Below, one piece after another: positions 9,931 through 19,135 of a DNA stretch of 64,000 nt. Within the stretch, counting starts at the first letter, position 1. Every line of letters begins with the position of its first letter. The position numbers and the translations under genes are program-made. The stretch lies in the IMG/VR virus record IMGVR_UViG_3300021591_000018, positions 12,754 through 76,753 of that record. The stretch is one strand, 5' to 3'. The notes under the pieces are model-generated. The model was not told the DNA's origin, ran no database searches, and saw only the letters and a program-made list of their open reading frames with translations. The DNA is from a virus.

Positions 9931-12276
9931 TCAAGTTAGCCACCGATCCATCGATGACTGTCGCATTCCCTTCGTTACAACCGACCAGTCCAACCCAATG
10001 GCAGCGAGAATTCCAGTAAATGGCTTCTTAAGTACTACCTCTCTCATCCGGTTCCAGTCGACGATAACCTCAGGAGGTAACTCCTCAACATCTTCCGTTA
10101 TACAGATGGCATGTGTCGGTGGCTTTCCACGTACGCCTCTAACGTAGACTAGACGTGGCTTTTTGTCTTCTCGAAATGTTATCCCAAGGTACTTCGTTGA
10201 GTACTCGACTCCCGTGACCCATGGATTCTTGACTTTATATTCAACTTGACGGATTCCACGTGGTATTGCAACTGACTGAATTGGCAGTTCCGGTAGTCGT
10301 TTCCATGTCTCTTGCAGTAGACGAATCGCTCCGTTTACATCGTCGTCGACAAGGACCTTCTTAAAGAACTCCTTCATGACAGTGCGTGTGACCTCAGCAG
10401 TCGAACTTCGTCTTGGTTCGAAACCCATGATGTAGAGGTCGCCCTCCGTTGTGACTCCTGCGTAACGTTTCTTAACCGAACCCTTCTCACTCGCCTTGAA
10501 GAGAATACGTCTGAAGAGACGCTCGAACTTGATCTCAGGTGGGTAACGTCCACCAATACGTTCAGTGAATCGCTTTAGTACGTCATTGAGATATGACTCA
10601 ATCCTTTCGACTTCACTAATCGATGTCGAACGTAGCTTGACAAATAGTGAGTCAGTATCACAATAGAGTGCCTTGTAACCAATCGCTTGTAGTGCGCGTT
10701 CACATTCTCGAATACATGACCGACCAAGGAACGTGATCGCATTCGCGACATCTGGATCGAAGAGTCTAAATCGTCGGTACCCACAGACACCGTACATTGA
10801 TGCTGCAAGGAACTTGTAGAGAACTTCACGTTGACGTATACGTTTCTTCTCTTCCTCGTCCTCAACTTGACGTCGCAATTGTCGTAGACGTTCACGCTCT
10901 TCAACGAACTTACGAGTTACCTTCGGAAGCAGTCCTTCAGGTTCACGTCTGAATCGCCACTGACCGACGACGATCTCACCATTCGGATCCTTAGTCTCGG
11001 GTGAGAGGTTAAATCCGATGATAGTTTTCGGGTAGATGGATTTTAGATCAAAACATGCTACGTTCTCGAAAACACCAGGTGGAGGTGAGAAAACTAACGC
11101 ACCCTTCACCTCCGCATCTTCGGGTGCTGGTTCAGTTGTTGGTAGCGGTCGATCTGTCTCACGTAACAACTCCGTGTCGATGAGCTTCTTATGTGAGAGT
11201 GCCCAACTTAACGGTACACCTATTAGTCGTCGAAGTCGATCGAAGTGTGCTATGATGTCTGCTTTCTGATCGAGTAACTTCAATGCATATGCGTCGTTGT
11301 AACAGTAGTCAAGGAACGTTTCCGGTTCGTTATGACGGATTTCGATGATTCGATCACCGTAGTCTTCGTAAGTGAAGCTTGTTTCACGAGCTACGACTCT
11401 TTTGAAGTCAAACGTGACCCCGAATGGTTGATCAGATTGTACTCCTTGACGTCCAGTGCTCCACTTCTGATAAGCACGGAACATATCGAGGAACTCACGA
11501 CCTTTAATCATGACTTCAGTTTTCGCTTGGAACTTCTGAACCGTTACAAGTCGGAATGGTGACATCATTTCGATAGTTGATTTGAGATACCGTGCACGTC
11601 TCAACAAATACGGCACATCGAAGAGTTCACCATTGTAAGCAGTCAGGACATCTGGGTCAACTCCCCGGACCCAGTTAGCAAACGAGAGTAACATCTTACG
11701 CTCATCGTTAAAGATGTGAAATCTGACAGCTGGACGGTACATCTGTTTAAGTTGCCGTTCAAGTGACGAACCTGATTCGACTAACAGAAAGATATCAATC
11801 CAATCGTCGTAGTTGTTTGCACATTGTATCGAGACAATCGGATAGATTGGATTCGATGGACGTGGAAGGATCCCAATCGGTGATTCAACCTCAATGTCGA
11901 AGTAGAGGATTTTCGGTGGAACTTCAGGATCAATGGACGGAACTACTTTCCCGTCCTCAATCGTAAAGCCACATCGAATATTTGCATCAATTAAGTATCG
12001 TAATACGAATGGGATATCTGCCTCATCAGTCCAAGGATAAAATTCACGTTCCGTTCGGACATCTGTCGGCTTTCTTGTGTAGACCTTCCTTACTCTCCGT
12101 CCGAAGATATCGACGATAGGTCCGTTCTCGTCTGGTACGTAGAAGTACGGTCGGAATGTCGTTATTCGAAAGACCTGACGTTTACGATTCTCGTCTCTGG
12201 CAAAGAGATAAATCACTGGCCGCCCTTGTTCGACCTGATACGTTGCGTTCATTAATGAATACCGCAACCTACTCAC
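9931..12276 (-). CDS. polB: Family B DNA polymerase with 3'-5' exonuclease domain
   Basis: FDIE, YN...FD.PY, YCYNDA, DLKSIYP, K....SMYG, YCDTDS and KKRY. Confidence 0.95.
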   Translation of the reverse strand: MSRLRYSLMNATYQVEQGRPVIYLFARDENRKRQVFRITTFRPYFYVPDENGPIVDIFGRRVRKVYTRKPTDVRTEREFYPWTDEADIPFVLRYLIDANIRCGFTIEDGKVVPSIDPEVPPKILYFDIEVESPIGILPRPSNPIYPIVSIQCANNYDDWIDIFLLVESGSSLERQLKQMYRPAVRFHIFNDERKMLLSFANWVRGVDPDVLTAYNGELFDVPYLLRRARYLKSTIEMMSPFRLVTVQKFQAKTEVMIKGREFLDMFRAYQKWSTGRQGVQSDQPFGVTFDFKRVVARETSFTYEDYGDRIIEIRHNEPETFLDYCYNDAYALKLLDQKADIIAHFDRLRRLIGVPLSWALSHKKLIDTELLRETDRPLPTTEPAPEDAEVKGALVFSPPPGVFENVACFDLKSIYPKTIIGFNLSPETKDPNGEIVVGQWRFRREPEGLLPKVTRKFVEERERLRQLRRQVEDEEEKKRIRQREVLYKFLAASMYGVCGYRRFRLFDPDVANAITFLGRSCIRECERALQAIGYKALYCDTDSLFVKLRSTSISEVERIESYLNDVLKRFTERIGGRYPPEIKFERLFRRILFKASEKGSVKKRYAGVTTEGDLYIMGFEPRRSSTAEVTRTVMKEFFKKVLVDDDVNGAIRLLQETWKRLPELPIQSVAIPRGIRQVEYKVKNPWVTGVEYSTKYLGITFREDKKPRLVYVRGVRGKPPTHAICITEDVEELPPEVIVDWNRMREVVLKKPFTGILAAIGLDWSVVTKGMRQSSMDRWLT

Positions 12277-12985
12277 CGTGACATAGTGAAACTAAACTCT
12301 CTATAAGTCTCCTTGCAAGATGGTACTGTAGTGGTGTCAGCTCCTCTTCGAATCGTATTCTGCTCAACCTCAGTACGTTATAGTCCATCGGATAGAGCTC
12401 TTGGTGGAGATTCTTCGCCAACGTTAGGGGTAGTGACGAGTCAACCGACGTTACTTTCTCGTACAGTACAACCTCGTACGGATTGTCAAGTCCCAGTAGG
12501 TGGAGTTTCTTGTCACTTAAGTCGAAGTGCTTCAGACAGTACTTCACGACTTCTGGACGACAATGGAACCGTTTGTTCAACCAGATCGGAAAGCCGATGT
12601 AGCTGTAGCCTTCAAGTGGGAGCAACTGTCTTAGACAGAGTATGAACTCAGCAGGATTCGCACCTTGTGGTACTACCATTATTTCTGCTGGCACATCGTA
12701 GTCAAGGAACTCCGTTATGCGTTTGATGGTTTCCGTTCGTCTGTTCAGTACATCTGGTGCTATCACGACATCGACACCTATCTTCGACGTCAGTTCGATG
12801 AGCTCTTCGTTACTGATAGTTTTCGACTCGTACGCTCCGTTGTCGAGCATCTTGAAGACGTTGAGTGCCGAGATGAACTCGACAGTACGTTCGTCTTTCA
12901 GTTGCTCTGGAACGAGGAAGAGTCCATCGACCAACTCCAAGAAGTATGGTAACGAGCTAGTAGGTGCTATCAGCAAGTACTTCAC
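12269..12985 (-). CDS. dpdA: DpdA-like DNA-guanine transglycosylase (TGT fold)
   Basis: MLDNGAY, IAPDVL, VVPQG, LHLLG and SVDSS are TGT-family motifs; que genes are in the same genome. Confidence 0.75.
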   Translation of the reverse strand: MKYLLIAPTSSLPYFLELVDGLFLVPEQLKDERTVEFISALNVFKMLDNGAYESKTISNEELIELTSKIGVDVVIAPDVLNRRTETIKRITEFLDYDVPAEIMVVPQGANPAEFILCLRQLLPLEGYSYIGFPIWLNKRFHCRPEVVKYCLKHFDLSDKKLHLLGLDNPYEVVLYEKVTSVDSSLPLTLAKNLHQELYPMDYNVLRLSRIRFEEELTPLQYHLARRLIESLVSLCHGE

Positions 12986-13229
12986 AACCGTTCACCTCCT
13001 TCCACTTGAGGTAGAGTGTTGCACAATACCCAACTATGTCGGCAAGCTCATCGAGGAATTTGCGGCTTTCAATATCGATGTAGCGTAGTCGTATGGCTTT
13101 CATCTCAAGGACTCGTTGAAGAGTTTCGACCTCCAGATGTCGCCATAGGTCACCGTACTGTCGTTCCTTGACGTTTCCAACTTCGAACTCACAAAGGTCT
13201 CGAATTGCGTCTATGACTTCTTGTACCAT
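12957..13229 (-). CDS. Small all-helical nucleotide-modification-associated protein (DUF1599/MazG-like)
   Basis: K..QYGD.W, K..RL and DELADIVGY pattern; adjacent to the dpdA-like gene. Confidence 0.55.
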   Translation of the reverse strand: MVQEVIDAIRDLCEFEVGNVKERQYGDLWRHLEVETLQRVLEMKAIRLRYIDIESRKFLDELADIVGYCATLYLKWKEVNGCEVLADSTY

Positions 13230-14271
13230 GGCATAATCACCCCAAGGTCAGTCTGCAAGACTTCGACTAACTTATCGAATGTAAGATCTTCGATCTGTTT
13301 GTTGTAACCTCTCTGGAATCGACACTTCGTTATTGTTGCGAAGTACTTCGTCTCATGAGGTAGGATTTGCTTCTGTAAGTGGAGGACGACATCTACCATG
13401 TGCTCAGTTTGACGCTGAACTCTCGGTTCATCCATTGGGAGTCGTCTACCTTGTTCGTCGTAAAGTGGTCTCGGTTGGCCTGTCAAAATTACGTGGACGT
13501 TTGGCTTTGCCATCAACCGGAGAATTAGTCGTCGGTATCGTAGATTTGCCTTACCCCATTCGAACTGGTAAGGTCGCCCCGATTGTGTTCGGGCTGTTGC
13601 AACTCCCTCAAGCCATGCACCAATCCACTGCCAGATATCGGTTACGCTATCGATGACTATCGTTCCTTCATTGATTTCCTTTAGAAGTCCGACAGCCTCT
13701 TCGACTGCCTCGAGTGACTTCACTGGATCAACTTCAGCTGTATTCAAGTCAAGCTGTGCTGCTTCGAATACCCGTATGTCCTTACTCTTGAACGGCTCCT
13801 TCAGCAACAATGGCGCCACTCCAAACTCCGTATCTATGACATGGATCGGTTCCGGGGCCGTAAGTGCGAAATGTGTCTTGCCCACATCCGGGGTGATGAG
13901 GATACGCCGGGGTGGCAGAGAGGACCTGGGCCGGTCGAAAGAAAACCGTCCTCATCACCTTAACGTGACGGTGAGGATGCCCGGGTCGCATAGCGAGGTC
14001 AGTCCTCGGTTGGGAAGTGGTTTTCCCACCTCACCGTCTTTCCGTGGTGGTCCGACCACGTGGGTTCTTGGTCCTGAGTTACCCCGTGGCGCAATGGATC
14101 CGCCCTGTCCCACTCAGGACCACCCACCCGGGCGTCCACTATTCCTCACCACCATTCCGGTGGGCCCCAGACGAGCACTTTCAGCCCCGTTTTCTTTACG
14201 ATCTTGTCAGGGGTCTTCCAGACGTCGTCGTATGACTTCTCTTCCTCCGCACCCATCAAATTCCACGACAT
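13211..14271 (-). CDS. Intron-split P-loop ATPase (AAA_24/Sak4-like, RecA fold); exon 1 14271-14155, exon 2 13885-13211, 263 aa after splicing
   Basis: Exon 1 (MSWNL...KVLVWGPPE) plus exon 2 (VGKTHFALT...IDTE...VIDSVT) gives Walker A GPPEVGKT. GAGGTG RBS precedes ATG 14271. Confidence 0.85.
13886..14154 (-). ncRNA. 269-nt archaeal bulge-helix-bulge (BHB) intron in an mRNA
   Basis: GCCCA-CCGG-AAU-GGUGGUGAGGA pairs with UCCUCAUCACC-CCGG-AUG-UGGGC. Canonical cuts restore the frame and Walker A. GC-rich, with many stems. Confidence 0.88.
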
Positions 14272-14348
14272 ACGAACACCTCTCGAGGATCACCTCGATA
14301 TATGGTCGAGGAAGAAATCAGGGTAATCGGACAAACTGAGTGGTCGCA

Positions 14349-15413
14349 TTACTGAACTTCAACTGAGAGGATGGTCTCTTCTTCTGGGGGAACTCTGAAC
14401 TCAGGCTCTGCATACACACCGAAGACGTTGATGCCAATTCTCTGCTTCGTCGTATCGACGGTCCTGTTGACGGGATCCCATCCAGGCATCGAAACGGTCC
14501 GACCGAGGACGAAGATGTGGCTTCCTGCACCGAAGTTAATGAGGCTGAAGATCTCAGGGTGAACCCAGCACATGATGCCCTCAGCAGTCAAGTCCATTAG
14601 TGTTTCGTCCTCTAGTACGAAGAAGGCATTGCCGGTTCTTGTTGGCTCACGTCTGATGAAGACGACGTCACCCTCGACGATGACAATTCGATAGTTGTCC
14701 TGTGCGTGCTGCTGATGCCACTGTGGTAGAGTTGAGCAAGTTGCTTTGAGTGAGTCTGGAGCCTTCCTTAGTATATCACAGATCGTCTCATCAGTGACAT
14801 CTGGGAACTCAGACAGTTCGATCGGAGTGAACTTCGTCGCTGACGTCATACTGCAGACGTATTTGTCCGGGAACTCGGATGTCTTTCTGGCTGCAAATCT
14901 AACAGGCGTCGTAAGTGGCGGTAGTGTGTCTGCAAGGTCGCCTCTGTGGACCATTATGCCAAGCTTCCAGTCACCACCAGAAGCTGGGCGGAACAGTCCG
15001 ACAGACTGACGTAGGTAGACTGGCTGTGAGATATCGATAGTCTGTCCAGATGGCATCCTGAAGATCGGCTTCCCTGTTGCATCGACAAGTCCCTGCTGGA
15101 TAGCCAACGTCGGGTTGACTTTGAAGAGCTCCAGTGCTTGCTGTCTCCTCCTTGCGAATACATCCATCTTTGCATTGTACCCAAGGAAGATGCCGTCCCA
15201 CTGAACCATCCCTGGGAATCTCAACATCGTCTTCAGTTCACGGTACAGCATGAATCTGGCACGTCTCTCAACCTGGTCGGGATCCAACTTCGGATGTACC
15301 TGTGCAATCTCCTGGTAGTACTGCTGTAGTTTCTGCTGGAGCTCCGTCACCGGTATCTGCAGTTTCTGCGACCACTCAGCAATCAGTCTATTCGTCTTCT
15401 CCCTTTCACTCAT
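14349..15413 (-). CDS. Putative ssDNA-binding (RPA/OB-fold-like) protein
   Basis: Beta-rich C-terminal half (IVEGDVVFIR..., FFVLEDET, FVLGRT), acidic tail, position beside the Sak4-like ATPase. Confidence 0.5.
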   Translation of the reverse strand: MSEREKTNRLIAEWSQKLQIPVTELQQKLQQYYQEIAQVHPKLDPDQVERRARFMLYRELKTMLRFPGMVQWDGIFLGYNAKMDVFARRRQQALELFKVNPTLAIQQGLVDATGKPIFRMPSGQTIDISQPVYLRQSVGLFRPASGGDWKLGIMVHRGDLADTLPPLTTPVRFAARKTSEFPDKYVCSMTSATKFTPIELSEFPDVTDETICDILRKAPDSLKATCSTLPQWHQQHAQDNYRIVIVEGDVVFIRREPTRTGNAFFVLEDETLMDLTAEGIMCWVHPEIFSLINFGAGSHIFVLGRTVSMPGWDPVNRTVDTTKQRIGINVFGVYAEPEFRVPPEEETILSVEVQ

Positions 15414-15608
15414 GTTCTCTCACCTTCAGGAATTGCGTAATATTTTACCTTGCCTCGTTTACGGACTTCTAGGTGCCCGTAAACTTCAGCAAGGCGTAAA
15501 TATCGACGTAACGTAGGGAGCTTGATGTTAAGTTTCTCTGCAAGCTCCTTTGCTGTCCAAGCTTGATTTCCCAAAATAGCTTTCCAGTCAAAGTCTGTGT
15601 ACTTCATG
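15410..15608 (-). CDS. Small winged-HTH DNA-binding protein
   Basis: WTAKELAEKLNIKLPTLRRYL...GKVKYY; start taken at MKYTDF. Confidence 0.7.
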
Positions 15609-15669
15609 ACGGATCGGAAACATATGACAAGGAAAACAAACGGGGAGCTGGTGGAAGGTGCTAACCGGC

Positions 15670-15909
15670 TTACTGAATCGCCATCCAGTAAGCCTTGTTG
15701 CCCTTCCACCTCACCTCAACGAGGCCCTTCTCAGCGAGCCTCTTGAGCCTGCCGTAAGCGGTGCCTTGCTTAACACCGAGGAAGGCGGCAACCTCAGCAG
15801 TCGTCCTCGCCTCCTCGCTGAGGAACTGCAGGAGTTCCTCGTTACCGACACCAGCTCCGGCAGGCTTCTCCTTTGGGAGCTGTAGAAACTCCTCCCGAGG
15901 GATTGGCAT
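15670..15909 (-). CDS. Small winged-HTH DNA-binding protein
   Basis: TTAEVAAFLGV...TAYGRLKRLAEKGLVE; TATA-like element upstream. Confidence 0.8.
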   Translation of the reverse strand: MPIPREEFLQLPKEKPAGAGVGNEELLQFLSEEARTTAEVAAFLGVKQGTAYGRLKRLAEKGLVEVRWKGNKAYWMAIQ

Positions 15910-15955
15910 CGTTGCATCACCTATTCGCGTTGTTCAAGGATAAAACGTTGGTTAC

Positions 15956-15966
15956 CAATATTTAAA
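15956..15966 (-). promoter_or_regulatory. TATA-like element TTTAAATATTG
   Basis: The same 11-mer recurs at 9146-9156 (-), 26266-26276 (-) and 41466-41476 (+), each upstream of a gene start. Confidence 0.55.
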
Positions 15967-15971
15967 GTTTG

Positions 15972-16223
15972 TCAGGCATAGATTCCCGATGGTGCCTCAG
16001 ACTCGTCGTAGCCATAGCCTTGTTGTGTTAGTCGCTTGGCGATCTCGAGACATCCAATCCGTGATGGCAGACTGAGTGTCTCGAGGAGATTTAGGATTGC
16101 AGTTAGTACGGCTACAGAGCGATTCTCCTCTCGCTCAATAGGCCGTATGAGTTTGACGAGCTGTTCGACTTGCCTGTTGATGACCTCGGCTATCTGTTCT
16201 CCATTAAGTTCTTCTCGATCCAA
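15972..16223 (-). CDS. Hypothetical protein
   Basis: 83-aa ORF within the operon. Confidence 0.5.
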   Translation of the reverse strand: MDREELNGEQIAEVINRQVEQLVKLIRPIEREENRSVAVLTAILNLLETLSLPSRIGCLEIAKRLTQQGYGYDESEAPSGIYA

Positions 16224-16711
16224 CGTCCGACCTCCTCAAGTTGCTCGAGGCTTTTTGCACGATAGCAACATATCTTACCGGTGCTGAAAATGTTCAATGT
16301 CACACCGAGCTCTGGCAAACGCAAAGTTGCAGCTGGAAACGTCTCCGGTTCGTAGACGACGTTGTCGAATTTCTGCCAGAGGTCCTCGAGAATGACTGTT
16401 CGGTGAAGGTCGAAGTAAGCTACGACTTGAGCGATACGCACGTCGACAACCTCAACGTTGTTGTAATATCTTTTAATGAGCTCCATAAGTTCATCGACGT
16501 ATTTTTGATAGTTTGCAGACTTAATTCCGTTAAGTGTCACTTTTCCTGACTCTGCTAAGATAGCACGTACACCTGATGGTAACTTGAAGAAGACAGCAGT
16601 GAATCTCCACGGATCATACTTTGCCTTCGGTATGACTTGTGCAACTTCGTCGAGGTCGAATCTCCTGTTCAACTGCACTACGACTACACAGTTCTTGATG
16701 GTGTAGTCCAT
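16190..16711 (-). CDS. tbp: TATA-box binding protein homologue
   Basis: Two TBP repeats: YDPWRFTAVFFKL...ESGKVTLNG and YEPETFPAATLRL...IFSTGKICCYRAKS. Confidence 0.9.
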   Translation of the reverse strand: MDYTIKNCVVVVQLNRRFDLDEVAQVIPKAKYDPWRFTAVFFKLPSGVRAILAESGKVTLNGIKSANYQKYVDELMELIKRYYNNVEVVDVRIAQVVAYFDLHRTVILEDLWQKFDNVVYEPETFPAATLRLPELGVTLNIFSTGKICCYRAKSLEQLEEVGRWIEKNLMENR

Positions 16712-17268
16712 CAGACATCACCAGCTATGAGTGCTTTGAACTCACGCTTCATCAACTCACGTAACGGTGGTGAAGGATGTGTGTCTGTTGGAACATAGTA
16801 CTCGCGTACAACGTAAATCACCCAGAGATTAAGGTTGTCGATGCTAGCTTCGTCAGGAAAGTTCGACTCAAGCACTTTGACGAGCTTTATTGCCTGACAT
16901 CGCTTCAGCCCAATCCGTAGTGTGAAGTAACCATTTCTTGCAGAGAGCAACAGAAAGTCAGGGTCGACTCTTGGTGTCCTTGCTACGATCGTGAATACTG
17001 TTCGGAAGTCTCGTTTCGTCAAGCTCAATGCTGTTAAGTGGACAGAACCTTCAGTTTCTGACGACTTAAAGACGTAGATCGTCGGTAGTCCGTACTCTAC
17101 TTGTATCTCCTGTAGCTTATTGAGGACGAACTGTACCTCGTCTTTCGGTATAGCGTCGAAGTCCCAGATTGTTACGTGTTTGTTTCCTTCGACTACGCTG
17201 CACACACCGTATGTGATCTCCATACGTTCACCTCTGCTGATTATTCGGATATGAAATCTCGATTCCAA
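16711..17268 (-). CDS. Minimal archaeo-eukaryotic primase (AEP)-like protein
   Basis: hhhDxD motif (TIWDFD), S....G.H-like motif (KSSETEGSVHL) and TLR. Confidence 0.45.
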   Translation of the reverse strand: MESRFHIRIISRGERMEITYGVCSVVEGNKHVTIWDFDAIPKDEVQFVLNKLQEIQVEYGLPTIYVFKSSETEGSVHLTALSLTKRDFRTVFTIVARTPRVDPDFLLLSARNGYFTLRIGLKRCQAIKLVKVLESNFPDEASIDNLNLWVIYVVREYYVPTDTHPSPPLRELMKREFKALIAGDV

Positions 17269-17458
17269 ATATCGGGCTACTCGTTCTTGACTTTTCGACG
17301 TACCTTAGTGCAATTTCGCCAAGAAACTTGGTACACGCTGAGATTATTCGAGCGTTGAGCATCTTACGTAACTGTTCCTCGGTTAACCCAACTTTACGTG
17401 CTTGTTCGACGACTGTGTCTGGGAGTATAACTTTAATATTGATCTCCATTGCGGACCC

Positions 17459-17734
17459 TCAGCAATCGTTATACATGTAACGATAATATGCATGCATACA
17501 TAGTAAGAAACCAATAACCAGCTGAAGTAACACAAGTAGCACCACGATGGTTGTGTTGCGAAAAAGCGGATTGCTTAAGACTATGAGTAACGTCACAAGA
17601 GTGCCTGGAATTATCGTCACTACACCGATGAAAGTCTCAAATTCTGGATTGTGTAGCAACTTCAAGAGTTTCTGTGGAAGCATCGTCACGAATTCAAGGA
17701 TCGTCGACAGCAACCACTTCCAGAAACCCATCAC
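17459..17734 (-). CDS. Membrane protein
   Basis: Two clear hydrophobic helices. Confidence 0.6.
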   Translation of the reverse strand: MMGFWKWLLSTILEFVTMLPQKLLKLLHNPEFETFIGVVTIIPGTLVTLLIVLSNPLFRNTTIVVLLVLLQLVIGFLLCMHAYYRYMYNDC

Positions 17735-18002
17735 CTCACCTCCAGGTATGATCGCCTAACTCCATCCGACTCAACATACGATGGATACGGTACCCATACT
17801 CGCTTGCACTTGTAGCATCGAATCGGTCTCCTCATGTCTGTGACATTTCGAGCTCCACAGATACACTGGAATACACCAAGACGGACTTGTGTCGCTCGAA
17901 CTGCTCGTTTACCTGTCACCGGTAATGCTCCGCATATGTTGACCCATTCGGGGTGGTTAGTTAAACAAAACTCGTATCTCTTACAAGTTCCATCTTTACG
18001 CT

Positions 18003-18512
18003 TCATCCAGTTGGGAAGGAAGGGACACCGGTAACTTGATGCCATGCTCTCTCACACATCCTTCGGATTTCTGATTCAGGGAGGAAATAACCTCGTCTCT
18101 CAGCTTCACGCATTGCTAATTGGACCATCTCCTCAAAGTTGGTTATGGATCGTGCTAACTCAACGAGGTAGTCTTCGAATGGAAGCTCCTCTTCGACTGT
18201 CTCTGGTTTTGTAACTGACTCACCGGATATCTTTCTCTCGATCATCTGTATTAGGTGCTCACGACACAAATTATGACCAAACATATGAACGATAGCACGG
18301 TTGTTGCAGAAGTCACACTCGAGGTACGATGTAGTCGGTAGGACTTTCATTTCTTCTTCACGTATCTTTGGAACGGTTAGTCGTTGTGATTCGACGTCAG
18401 CATCAACCCTCTCTGGCGGTTTGTAGAAGTATCGTTTACATCTCGGACAACTTCTCGGATTTGCTACTCGTGGTTTCCAAACGAACCCACAGTATGGACA
18501 CTTTAGTGGCAT
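18003..18512 (-). CDS. Zn-ribbon protein
   Basis: CPYC...CPRC and CDFC...C.EH; start taken at MPLKC. Confidence 0.6.
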   Translation of the reverse strand: MPLKCPYCGFVWKPRVANPRSCPRCKRYFYKPPERVDADVESQRLTVPKIREEEMKVLPTTSYLECDFCNNRAIVHMFGHNLCREHLIQMIERKISGESVTKPETVEEELPFEDYLVELARSITNFEEMVQLAMREAERRGYFLPESEIRRMCERAWHQVTGVPSFPTG

Positions 18513-18696
18513 GTGGAATCCCTCGTAACCTTGACGACTTTCCATTCGTTGGACGATTTGATATAGTTACATTCGACATAGATCACGGGACAGTTTGGAT
18601 TCGAACAGTGAAACTTAGTCGAGTGTGATCCTCTCGCTTTCTTTAATGGACGGTTACAGTCAGGGCAACGTATGATGCCATACGGGAACTTCATGT

Positions 18697-19131
18697 CTAG
18701 TCCCGTGTAAGATATTTGAACTTCTCGACTGTCTCAGGATCAACAATCCCGATCTTTTCACTCGTTGGACGTTTACGGTAGAGCATCCGACGTCCTTGCT
18801 TCATGATCTGTACGTAACCAATATCCATCAGATACGTAAGTGCGGAATATGCGGTTCTCGTTGATATGCCTGCTTCCTTTGCAATTTCCTCGACTGACTG
18901 GAACTGTGTTTCTGTAAGTGCTGACTTCACTTTCTGTATGCTTTTATTGCTTACACGTAGGGTACCTTTCTGAAAGCCTCTCCGAGTCTCGATCCAGAGC
19001 GACTGTCTATGGCTAACGGTTCCGAAGATTTCGCTCAGTTGACGGTAGAGTTCCTTCGCTTCTTCCATAGAAAGTACGAGTTCAGTCTCACCTACACAAA
19101 GTCGTATACACCTCGTGATCTCGATATTCAT
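18697..19131 (-). CDS. HTH DNA-binding protein
   Basis: SVEEIAKEAGISTRTAYSAL..L...GYV. Confidence 0.7.
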   Translation of the reverse strand: MNIEITRCIRLCVGETELVLSMEEAKELYRQLSEIFGTVSHRQSLWIETRRGFQKGTLRVSNKSIQKVKSALTETQFQSVEEIAKEAGISTRTAYSALTYLMDIGYVQIMKQGRRMLYRKRPTSEKIGIVDPETVEKFKYLTRD

Positions 19132-19135
19132 CCTA

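Noticed and set aside
13890-13960. Hammerhead ribozyme (UGAUGA...GAAA)
   Set aside because: The core would need CUGANGA with correctly placed stems. Here it is GUGAUGA, and it lies inside a helix.
13886-14160. Translational bypass (CCG...CCG) or an insertion with a CCGGA target duplication as alternatives to splicing
   Set aside because: The repeated CCGG is explained by the self-complementary central BHB helix, and canonical BHB cuts restore the frame exactly. Not formally excluded.
13653-14339. 228-aa plus-strand ORF and other short ORFs across the intron
   Set aside because: Antisense to the ATPase, Pro/Arg/Ser-rich, and explained by the GC-rich structured intron.
14290-14349. 19-codon ORF starting at the TAATG overlap after the SSB-like gene
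   Set aside because: Too short to support; it coincides with a small CCTCGA/TCGAGG hairpin.
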